From assembly GCA_016188455.1 (NCBI GenBank), contig JACPHR010000021.1, forward strand, positions 1 to 56,733: DNA of 56,733 nt, written 5' to 3'. Below the pieces are notes generated by a model. The model had not been told where the DNA came from, made no database searches, and saw only the letters and a list, made by a program, of their open reading frames with translations. The DNA is from Candidatus Tayloriibacteriota bacterium (GTDB lineage: Bacteria > Patescibacteriota > Minisyncoccia > Phycocordibacterales > SIBU01). Made by a program: the position numbers and the translations under genes. Positions 50,040 through 56,733 of this stretch are shown here, piece after piece (position 1 is the stretch's first letter; the number at the start of each line of letters is the position of its first letter).

Positions 50040-50357
50040 TCATTGCATGACAATATACTGTTCTGGCATTATCGTTTTGGGCGTAATCAAGCGGGTGGCA
50101 ACGAACCGGTCCCCTTTCTTGAGGCTGGGGAACCTTTGTTGGTCAATCTTCGATGTCACCACAATGTAACCAAGCAACGTGTCCTTGAGAACCGAAGTTG
50201 CGGTGAGGACATGGTTGGACCCAATAACGGTGTACTCCATGTCGGGATGCAAAACCCGGACGGCATGACTGGCAGCAACGAAATTCAGAAAAATGAGTTC
50301 CGCCGTGAGCGCGAGACAGAGGCCTTTGAGTAGTGTTTTGAGTACTATTTTTTCCAT
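50040..50357 (-). CDS. hypothetical protein with N-terminal hydrophobic segment
   Basis: The start is taken at MEKIVLKTLLKGLCLALTAELIFLNFVAA. 105 aa, no family recognised. Confidence 0.35.
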   Translation of the reverse strand: MEKIVLKTLLKGLCLALTAELIFLNFVAASHAVRVLHPDMEYTVIGSNHVLTATSVLKDTLLGYIVVTSKIDQQRFPSLKKGDRFVATRLITPKTIMPEQYIVMQ

Positions 50358-50485
50358 AACTGTACTTTCGAGGTTGAGGTTTATCAAAAACGAAGCCATT
50401 TTTAAGAGCTTCCACAGAAAGGATAGCATACCCAATAAGTATTGTCAATACCTTATAAAACCTTTATTTAGACTATTATTACGCT

Positions 50486-51772
50486 ATGGAAAAACTGCGA
50501 GGACTTATTAAAAAAATCATACCGAGAAAATTGTTTTTAACACTTCAGTCTCCGTACCATTATTTATTGGCTTGGCTTGGAGCGATTGTTTATCGCTTCC
50601 CCTCCCGCTATATTAAAGTGGTGGCGGTAACGGGCACCAAAGGCAAAAGCTCGGTGGTGGAATTGGTAAACGCCGTTCTTGAAGAGGCCGGTTTCAAAAC
50701 GGCGCTTCTCGGCACCATCAGGTTTAAGGTGGGCGACGAAAGCAAGCCCAATCTTTACAAGATGACCACGCCGGGGCGGTTTTTCGTTCAGCAATTTTTG
50801 CGCCGGGCGGTTGACGCGGGCTGTCAATACGCCGTCATTGAAATGACTTCGGAGGCGGCGCGGCAGTTTCGGCACAAGTTCATTACCCTTGACGCCCTGA
50901 TTTTCACCAACCTGTCGCCCGAGCACATTGAATCGCACGGCTCGTACGAAAAATACGTGGAAGCGAAACTGGCTATCGGGAAAGCCTTGGAAACTTCCTC
51001 AAAAAAGAATCGGGTGCTTGTGGTGAACGGCGATGAAAAAGAAGCGGTAAAATTTCTGGCGCTCGCTATCCCGCGAAAACTGACCTACTCGCTTGCCGGT
51101 GCCCAGCCCTATGAAAGCCATGCGGGCGGTTTGTCGCTTACCTTTGAGCGACAGAAAATTGTCTGCCGGCTAGAGGGCGTTTTTAATATTTACAACTGCC
51201 TCGCCGCCGCCGCCTTCGGACAAAGTCAGAACATCTCGCCAAAAATTATTAAAAGCGCTTTGGAAAAAGTGGTGGTCATCAAAGGGCGGGTTGAGCATAT
51301 TGATTGCGGCCAGAATTTCACGGTGATTGTTGACTACGCCCACACGCCGGATTCGCTTGAGAAGCTCTATCAGGCTTTCCCGAGCGGCAAAAAAATTGCC
51401 GTGCTGGGAAATACTGGTGGTGGCAGAGATGTGTGGAAACGGCCCGTCATGGCGGGCATTGCCGAAAAGTATTGCGATGAAATAATCCTCACTAACGAGG
51501 ACCCGTACGACGAAAACCCGCGGGCAATCGTGGCACAAATGGCGGCCGGCATGAAAAAACACAAGCCGGAAATTATCATGGACAGGCGGCAGGCGATTAG
51601 TGCCGCCCTTCGACTCGCCCAGAGGCTCGCTCAGGACACTAATCAAAACAATCCGATCGTTTTGATTAGCGGCAAGGGTACCGATCCGTTTATCATGGGG
51701 CCAAACAGCAGTAAAATGGTCTGGGACGACGCGACGGTGGTACGGGAAGAGTGGCAAAAATTGGCGCGCTAA
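50486..51772 (+). CDS. murE: Mur ligase, most likely UDP-N-acetylmuramoyl-L-alanyl-D-glutamate--2,6-diaminopimelate/L-lysine ligase
   Basis: P-loop VTGTKGKSS, TSEA.., DYAHTPDSLEKLY and a short N-terminal domain. The amino-acid specificity is not determinable by eye. Confidence 0.8.
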   Translation: MEKLRGLIKKIIPRKLFLTLQSPYHYLLAWLGAIVYRFPSRYIKVVAVTGTKGKSSVVELVNAVLEEAGFKTALLGTIRFKVGDESKPNLYKMTTPGRFFVQQFLRRAVDAGCQYAVIEMTSEAARQFRHKFITLDALIFTNLSPEHIESHGSYEKYVEAKLAIGKALETSSKKNRVLVVNGDEKEAVKFLALAIPRKLTYSLAGAQPYESHAGGLSLTFERQKIVCRLEGVFNIYNCLAAAAFGQSQNISPKIIKSALEKVVVIKGRVEHIDCGQNFTVIVDYAHTPDSLEKLYQAFPSGKKIAVLGNTGGGRDVWKRPVMAGIAEKYCDEIILTNEDPYDENPRAIVAQMAAGMKKHKPEIIMDRRQAISAALRLAQRLAQDTNQNNPIVLISGKGTDPFIMGPNSSKMVWDDATVVREEWQKLAR

Positions 51773-51774
51773 AT

Positions 51775-52035
51775 TTACTGCTCGTTATACTGATGCAAAA
51801 TTGACGCAACCAAGGTCTGATACGGCAGGCCTTTTTCTGCCGCTTTCACTTTGAGTTTATGGAGGTCCCGTTCCGCCAAACGAATATTGATATTTTTTGA
51901 CCTATTGGAAGAACCGCGCGCGTAAGAACGGTAGCGTTCCATTTCCTTCTTCACATTCGGCACAGACTTAAAACTGCCCCGTTCAATGGTTTCAAGCAGC
52001 TCCTTTTCCTCTTTGTCCAGTTCGTAGTATTTCAT
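51775..52035 (-). CDS. brnA: BrnA/CopG-type RHH antitoxin
   Basis: LDKEEKELLETIERGSFKSV... and NINIRLAERDLHKLKVKAAEKGLPYQTLVASILHQY are typical of antitoxins paired with BrnT. Confidence 0.65.
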   Translation of the reverse strand: MKYYELDKEEKELLETIERGSFKSVPNVKKEMERYRSYARGSSNRSKNINIRLAERDLHKLKVKAAEKGLPYQTLVASILHQYNEQ

Positions 52036-52045
52036 AATTTTGTTT

Positions 52046-52327
52046 TTATTTTTTACGCTTCACTATATATTTCTTTTTCGCTTTGCGGCTCGGGATAATT
52101 GTTTTAAGAAAAATCCTTTCTTTATCCTCCGCGAAAGGCACCAGATACGCGTAGCCGCCGACTGCCACCACAAAAACTTTTTGTCCCGGATACCGCCTAG
52201 TATTGGGGTTCGGAATAATATCGAGCAGCCCCCCTTCCTCAAGCGCTACCCGAATGTCTTCAAATCCGATTTCCCGTTCGCGCCGAAGCCGTTCGTTCTT
52301 CTCCGCGTTCCAGTCAATATATTTCAT
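52046..52327 (-). CDS. brnT: BrnT-like (DUF497) ribonuclease toxin
   Basis: The start is taken at ATG 52327. IDWNAEKNERLRREREIGFEDI.. and ..RIFLKTIIPSRKAKKKY resemble the BrnT pattern F.WD..KN..N..KHG.SFEE...RIISAR.A.K.E...Y. The toxin lies upstream of the antitoxin with a 10-nt gap. Confidence 0.55.
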   Translation of the reverse strand: MKYIDWNAEKNERLRREREIGFEDIRVALEEGGLLDIIPNPNTRRYPGQKVFVVAVGGYAYLVPFAEDKERIFLKTIIPSRKAKKKYIVKRKK

Positions 52328-52458
52328 TATACAGCCAATGATATACAATCCATATGAATTGTCAATATATACGTTGTGGATAAAACCGAGATGGAGAGTG
52401 TCCATCTGCGGCTTTTTAAAACTTGCGGCTAAAAGTTATAAGCTATAAACTTTTCGAT

Positions 52459-53397
52459 ATGCCCGAATTGCCCGAAGTGCACACCACAGCCACTATGCTT
52501 CAAAAGCTCTTGCCGGGCTTGCGCATTAAAGCCGTCTGGACCAATTATGACAGTCCTCATCAGAGAGGCAAAGACAACATCAAAGACCCGAAATTTTTCA
52601 GGCGCTTCGCCCGAAAAATTTCGGGCGCCCGTTTCAAAAAAATTTATCGGCGCGGCAAAAATGTCTTACTTGACCTGGACAACGGCCAAACTATTTTAAT
52701 TCACATGAAAATGACTGGACATCTTTTGTACGGAAAGTACAAAAAAATAACCAATAACCAAAAAACAATAACCAAAAAAGAAGAATGGCGGGTGGTGGAG
52801 GAGGGGCCCCTACAAGATTTAAAAAATCAGTTTATCCGTTTTGTCATCGCTCTTTCAAACGGCAAACATCTGGCCCTCTCCGACATGAGAAGATTCGCCA
52901 AGGTCACCATTATTGCCACTAAAAAAATCACAGAGTCGGAACATTTAAAAAAGCTCGGCCCTGAACCGCTTGACCCAAAATTTACTTTCGCCAAGTTTCG
53001 CCAGCGACTTATGACTAACCCGCGCGGCAAAATCAAGCAGGTTTTAATGGACCCGAAAGTGGTCGCCGGCATCGGCAACATTTACTCGGACGAGACGCTT
53101 TACCTAGCCAGCATTCATCCTTTAAGTATTGTCGGGAAGGTGCCCGAAAAAGCTCTCCGCGAGCTTTTTCGGGCCATGAAAAAAATTCTGGCCAAAGGCA
53201 TTGACTTAGGCGGCGACTCAACTTCAGACTACCGAAACCCGTTTGGCGTTCACGGAAAATTCCACCATCACCATCAAGCCTACCGAAACACCGGCAACCC
53301 CTGCTCCAGAAAAAGTTGCGGCGGCACAATTCACCGCGTCAAACTCGGCGGCCGGAGCGCCCACTTTTGCAATATTCATCAGTACGAGTATAATTGA
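52459..53397 (+). CDS. mutM: formamidopyrimidine-DNA glycosylase (Fpg/MutM; Nei not excluded)
   Basis: N-terminal MPELPEV, H2TH region (LMDPKVVAGIGNIYSDETLY) and the C-terminal zinc finger C..K.CGG.I......GGRS.HFC..HQ. Confidence 0.85.
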   Translation: MPELPEVHTTATMLQKLLPGLRIKAVWTNYDSPHQRGKDNIKDPKFFRRFARKISGARFKKIYRRGKNVLLDLDNGQTILIHMKMTGHLLYGKYKKITNNQKTITKKEEWRVVEEGPLQDLKNQFIRFVIALSNGKHLALSDMRRFAKVTIIATKKITESEHLKKLGPEPLDPKFTFAKFRQRLMTNPRGKIKQVLMDPKVVAGIGNIYSDETLYLASIHPLSIVGKVPEKALRELFRAMKKILAKGIDLGGDSTSDYRNPFGVHGKFHHHHQAYRNTGNPCSRKSCGGTIHRVKLGGRSAHFCNIHQYEYN

Positions 53398-53421
53398 TAA
53401 CAATAATAATTTCGCATTTAA

Positions 53422-53472
53422 CATTAGTAGTTATTCGTAGCATTAGTATGATTCGTATATTAGTATCGGTAC
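53422..53472. repeat. family-A repeat, right-arm-type copy immediately upstream of ATG 53476
   Basis: CATTAGTAGTTATTCGTAGCATTAGTATGATTCGTATATTAGTATCGGTAC. Confidence 0.65.
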
Positions 53473-53475
53473 TTT

Positions 53476-54474
53476 ATGCATGAAGACGTAAAATGGCTCT
53501 TCGGCCTTCTCATCCTCTTCGCCGCCTTTTGGCTGGCCTCGGGCGGTTTGAGCAAATCCGCCTCCCCCAAACCATTTCTGGAACCGGTAATAGAGAGTGG
53601 TGGCAACGGCGCGGTTTTTAACTTCGCCCATATCGGCAACAATTCGGCCGACTCCATAAACTACGTCTCTCGGACAAATACGACGCAAAGCCGCCAGGGG
53701 CTGGCCAAGAAACTGACCGCCCTAGATGAAATCAAGCAGGTCATCCTTGATGCCGGCATCCAAGCGAGTGAAATTCAAAAGGAACTTAACACCTTGGAAG
53801 AAGCCAGCCACGCTTCTCCCTTGACTGGCAAGCTTGCCATTGTCGGCAGAGCCGCCGGTGCGGGCGCCGCCGGCGAATATATCGCTCTTCGGGCGTCACC
53901 CCAAAATAAAGACAAGGTTCTCCTTACCGGCCTGCGTCTTCAAAGCTCGGCGAGCGGCCAAGGCGCCGATATCCCGAAGGCTGCGCCTCTTGTCTTCCAA
54001 AATCAACTTAACCGAGAAGAACCGGTGTACCTGAAACCCGGCGATAGCGCTTACATCATCACCGGCCGCTCGCCTTTGGGCCTCTCTTTTAGGCTCAACA
54101 AATGCACGGGCTTTTTCAGCCAGCATCAAACCTTCAATCCGAGCCTGCCCAGCCGATGCCCGAAGCCGCGGGAAGAAGACCTGCCGGTAAGCGGTACCGT
54201 CTACAATGATGCTTGCCGCAACTACATCAACTCGCTTTCAAGCTGCCGCGTCGTTACCTCTCCGCCGCTGACCCTCTCGCCGGAATGCCAACGCTATGTT
54301 ACCGAAGAAATCAACTACACCAAATGCGTGGAGCGCCACAAAAATGACGCCGACTTTTACGACCCTTCGTGGCGCGTCTATCTCAACCGCGCCGACAAGC
54401 TCTGGAAAACCAGCCGCGAGCTGATTCACCTCGTTGACCAGAACGGCAAAGTGATTGACGCCATCACCTATTAA
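53476..54474 (+). CDS. secreted hypothetical protein (possible lamin-tail-domain-like region, Cys-rich C-terminus)
   Basis: N-terminal TM/signal (WLFGLLILFAAFWLASGG). ..GEYIALRASPQNKDKVLLTGLRL.. resembles LTD motifs. Several Cys residues lie in the C-terminal third. Confidence 0.45.
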   Translation: MHEDVKWLFGLLILFAAFWLASGGLSKSASPKPFLEPVIESGGNGAVFNFAHIGNNSADSINYVSRTNTTQSRQGLAKKLTALDEIKQVILDAGIQASEIQKELNTLEEASHASPLTGKLAIVGRAAGAGAAGEYIALRASPQNKDKVLLTGLRLQSSASGQGADIPKAAPLVFQNQLNREEPVYLKPGDSAYIITGRSPLGLSFRLNKCTGFFSQHQTFNPSLPSRCPKPREEDLPVSGTVYNDACRNYINSLSSCRVVTSPPLTLSPECQRYVTEEINYTKCVERHKNDADFYDPSWRVYLNRADKLWKTSRELIHLVDQNGKVIDAITY

Positions 54475-54959
54475 CGATTGAGTATTCGGGCCAAGGCAAT
54501 GCCCGCGGCAACTGAAACGTTGAAGGACTCTTTCAAACCGCGGGTGACAATTTCGGCCACCGCGTCGCATTGCTTCAGGACGGCGCGGGGAATACCCAGA
54601 ACCTCATTGCCAAAAATAAATGCCGCCGGATAACGAGGTTTAATTTTTCTGTAATCTCCGGCGTTTGCCGTCTGTTCAAGAGCGACGATAAACGTCTGGC
54701 GACTCTTGAGAAACCGGAGGGCTTGCGAGATTCGCGGAAAGTGTTTCCAGGCGACGGTTCGCTCGGCGCCCAAGGCGGTTTTAGCGAAATCCTTGCGCCA
54801 CCGGCCAAAACGGTCCACAGGCAAAGGGCTGAGACCCGTGAGCAGTATGGCCGATACGTCAAGGCAATCCGCGGTGCGGAAAATCGAGCCGACGTTATAG
54901 ACGCTGCGCAGGTTATGGAGCACTATGAATACTTCTTTGTTTCTCGGGGTTAATTTCAT
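54471..54959 (-). CDS. SpoU/TrmH-family RNA 2'-O-methyltransferase
   Basis: VLHNLRSVYNVGSIFRTADC.., FIFGNEVLGI.. and ..IVTRGLKESFNVSVAAGIAL are SPOUT motifs 1-3. Confidence 0.85.
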   Translation of the reverse strand: MKLTPRNKEVFIVLHNLRSVYNVGSIFRTADCLDVSAILLTGLSPLPVDRFGRWRKDFAKTALGAERTVAWKHFPRISQALRFLKSRQTFIVALEQTANAGDYRKIKPRYPAAFIFGNEVLGIPRAVLKQCDAVAEIVTRGLKESFNVSVAAGIALARILNR

Positions 54960-54998
54960 GCTAAACCATACTATGATATAATCGGCTGTAAGAAAAGC

Positions 54999-55406
54999 AT
55001 GTTAAGCGTTTTCCCCAGCTTGTTTTCATACGCCCTGGTCGTGCCGCTCGCTTTCAGACTGATCGTCGGGCTGACTTTTCTTTGGTTTGGCTTTTCCAAA
55101 CTGACCGGCGAGCGGCGAAAGAACAAAACGGCAATGTTTGAAACCGTCGGCCTGAAGCCGGGAAACTGGTACCTGTGGGCAGTCGCTGTTTTGGAAATCC
55201 TCGGCGGCCTCGCGCTCGTCATCGGCTTTCTGACGCAGGCGGCCACTTTGGTTTTGTCCGCCATCGCTTTGGGAGCCATCGGCATCAAACGCCGACAGCC
55301 CGCTAAAATTTCCAGCAGTCTCGGTTTTCTGTGTCTGCTTTTCGTCATCACGCTCTCGCTTTTGTTTTTAGGCCCGGGTTTTTACGCCTTTGATTTGCCG
55401 CTCTAG
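54999..55406 (+). CDS. DoxX-family membrane protein
   Basis: Four TM helices. R...G..F...G..K and LEILGGLALVIGFLT are DoxX-like. Confidence 0.75.
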   Translation: MLSVFPSLFSYALVVPLAFRLIVGLTFLWFGFSKLTGERRKNKTAMFETVGLKPGNWYLWAVAVLEILGGLALVIGFLTQAATLVLSAIALGAIGIKRRQPAKISSSLGFLCLLFVITLSLLFLGPGFYAFDLPL

Positions 55407-55536
55407 AGACTTGAATAAAGCGGCTTTTTCCAGTATCGTGTTCCAATCGCGCCCATAGCTCCCGCCTTCGTCCCGCACAATGCGGGACTATGGACGGGCA
55501 AGCAGTTTGACCTCGCTATGGGCTTCATAAGAATAC

Positions 55537-55609
55537 GCGCCCATAGCTCAGTTGGTAGAGCACCTGCCTTTTAAGCAGAGGGTCGCAGGTTCGATTCCTG
55601 CTGGGCGCA
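55537..55609 (+). tRNA. tRNA-Lys (anticodon TTT), CCA not encoded
   Basis: Hand fold: GCGCCCA TA GCTC AGTTGGTA GAGC A CCTGC CTTTTAA GCAGA GGGTC GCAGG TTCGATT CCTGC TGGGCGC A. Confidence 0.85.
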
Positions 55610-55660
55610 CACGCCAGAAAAATCTTCACTGCTGAAGATTTTTCTGGACGTGCGCGGGAC
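55605..55660 (+). repeat. 56-nt tRNA trailer hairpin, copy 1 (after tRNA-Lys)
   Basis: GCGCACACGCCAGAAAAATCTTCACTGCTGAAGATTTTTCTGGACGTGCGCGGGAC has one mismatch to 56142-56197. It starts inside the acceptor 3' strand. Confidence 0.85.
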
Positions 55661-56072
55661 AGAGGCATGTTCGGTCAGCGGGCCGAACAGCCGAGTCCGG
55701 GTCGGGAAATTTTACTCGTGACGACGAGTAAAATATTCCTGACCACAAGACGAAAGATCTAAACTGCTTTAGATTTTTCGATAACGGTGTGAGCCGGAGC
55801 AGTGTTCGGCGTTTCGCCGAACCGCGAGGCGGAGTCGCGAGTTCCGAGACCGACGGGGCGAGGAAACTTGTGACCACAAGTGAACCTAATAAAATTGACA
55901 ATTAGTGATTCTGTTCCAACCGTGGAATATTACAGTAAAAATTATTATTTATGCCAAAATTAACTAATCAAGAAATTAAGGAGAATGGGTATTACTGGAC
56001 AATTAGCAATATGACCCCCCACCAGAAAATATGCTTATAACAATCTCTTGTTCGGCGCACCATTAAAAATAC

Positions 56073-56146
56073 GCGCGTTTAGCTCAGTTGGTCAGAGCAC
56101 CTCGTTTACACCGAGGGGGTCGGGAGTTCAAATCTCTCAGCGCGCA
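56073..56146 (+). tRNA. tRNA-Val (anticodon TAC), CCA not encoded
   Basis: Hand fold: GCGCGTT TA GCTC AGTTGGTCA GAGC A CCTCG TTTACAC CGAGG GGGTC GGGAG TTCAAAT CTCTC AGCGCGC A. Confidence 0.85.
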
Positions 56147-56197
56147 CACGCCAGAAAAATCTTCACTGCTGAAGATTTTTCTGGACGTGCACGGGAC
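56142..56197 (+). repeat. 56-nt tRNA trailer hairpin, copy 2 (after tRNA-Val)
   Basis: GCGCACACGCCAGAAAAATCTTCACTGCTGAAGATTTTTCTGGACGTGCACGGGAC. Confidence 0.85.
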
Positions 56198-56253
56198 GAG
56201 TCGGGTGAGAAGCTTCGTGGCCACTGAATTAATATTAATCCAAAAAATAAATT

Positions 56254-56550
56254 ATGCTCCGCCAAATTGAATGTATCATATCGGGCCGAGTCCACGGCGT
56301 GCTCTATCGGGATTTCGCCCGCCGCAAAGCTCGCGGCCTCGGCCTTGTCGGCATGGTGGAAAATCTGCCAGACGGCACGGTGCACGTGGTCGCCCAAGGG
56401 GACGAGTCCGAACTCAATCGTTTTATCGCGGACTTGGAGCGAGGCAGTATCTTTTCCCGCGTTGATAAGGTTATAGTAAAGTGGTCCAACGCCGAACAGG
56501 CTTTTTCCGACTTCACTATTCGTTATAATAACCTTTCCGACCGATTTTGA
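56254..56550 (+). CDS. acyP: acylphosphatase
   Basis: ISGRVHGVLYRDFARRKARGLGLVGMVENLPDGTVHVVAQG is the V.G.VQGV.FR...........G.V.N..DG.V signature. Confidence 0.85.
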   Translation: MLRQIECIISGRVHGVLYRDFARRKARGLGLVGMVENLPDGTVHVVAQGDESELNRFIADLERGSIFSRVDKVIVKWSNAEQAFSDFTIRYNNLSDRF

Positions 56551-56599
56551 TAGGCAAACATGCGAATATACGAATTTATAACAATTTATAACAAGGTAA

Positions 56600-56733
56600 T
56601 TAGACGGAAACGTAACCAAAATAGACGCTGATAAAGAGTTTGAATAAGTTGTCGTTTCGATGATTGAATCGGTACTCCACCTCTTTAAGATACATCGGGA
56701 AATGATATTTGGAAACCCCGCGATAATTGTAAA
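56600..56733 (-). mobile_element. 3' end of an IS1595-family (ISXO2-like) transposase gene, running off the window
   Basis: The minus-strand translation from the window edge is YNYRGVSKYHFPMYLKEVEYRFNHRNDNLFKLFISVYFGYVSV*. The ..GVS.K.L..YL.E.EFR.N.RN.. motif is the conserved C-terminus I recall for IS1595 transposases. Confidence 0.5.

Noticed and set aside
55626-55901. 91-aa minus-strand ORF between tRNA-Lys and tRNA-Val
   Set aside because: The region is a chain of hairpins, and the translation is Arg/Ser/Pro-rich without start context. A non-coding origin is more likely.
56088-56619. ORFs 56088..56270 (+), 56137..56619 (-) and overlapping frames at 56267-56516
   Set aside because: The first runs through tRNA-Val and its trailer hairpin. 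The others are antisense or alternate frames of the clearly recognisable acylphosphatase gene.
1-56733. Alternative genetic code (e.g. UGA recoding as in some CPR lineages) or TAA read-through explaining the split four-helix gene
   Set aside because: Conserved genes end cleanly at TGA (e.g. dnaA), TAA and TAG, and have full length under code 11. The single in-frame TAA at 2843 is better explained as a nonsense mutation.

Overview
Origin-proximal chromosomal segment of a small-genome bacterium. It is most likely a Patescibacteria/CPR (Parcubacteria-like) lineage; this is inferred from gene content: compact housekeeping genes, four-helix-bundle and GxxExxY ORFs, a CPR-type T4SS pilin and PilB/PilMNO. 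The standard genetic code applies, since TGA, TAA and TAG all terminate long conserved ORFs. Core genes: rpmH-rnpA-yidC-jag divergent from dnaA-dnaN, PBP1A, tyrS, ruvC, yebC, ruvB, pilB, tsaE, polA, a holA-like gene, pyrC-pyrD, pilM-pilN-pilO, dedA, a tRNA-binding protein, ruvX, an M24 peptidase, rpsT, ruvA, murE, mutM, trmH, doxX, acyP and five tRNAs (Arg-TCT, Ser-TGA, Arg-GCG, Lys-TTT, Val-TAC). Accessory content: (1) a minimal Gram-positive-type T4SS-like operon at about 3-9.7 kb (PrgI-like, VirB4-N-like, VirB4 ATPase, membrane and secreted proteins, T4SS pilin) with no relaxase or coupling protein; (2) a low-GC island next to tRNA-Ser with a GIY-YIG/NUMOD homing-endonuclease-like gene and decayed genes; (3) a BrnT/BrnA toxin-antitoxin pair; (4) an NYN gene and a DUF397+TrmB cassette, each bracketed by duplicated ends of the neighbouring host gene; (5) an IS1595-type transposase fragment at the right edge. 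The most striking feature is that non-coding DNA is saturated by several families of long palindromic (stem-loop) elements. Three families occur both loaded with a small ORF (GxxExxY or four-helix-bundle, the protein families known from 23S rRNA intervening sequences) and empty. They fill every intercistronic spacer of the T4SS-like operon, abut start codons, and have contributed in-frame sequence to yidC, yebC and polA. Four of the five tRNA genes are flanked by partial duplications of their own ends, or in one case by a truncated tRNA-Gly-like 5' half, or share trailer hairpins. All coordinates derived by hand may be off by 1-2 nt. No database search was possible, so novelty cannot be asserted.
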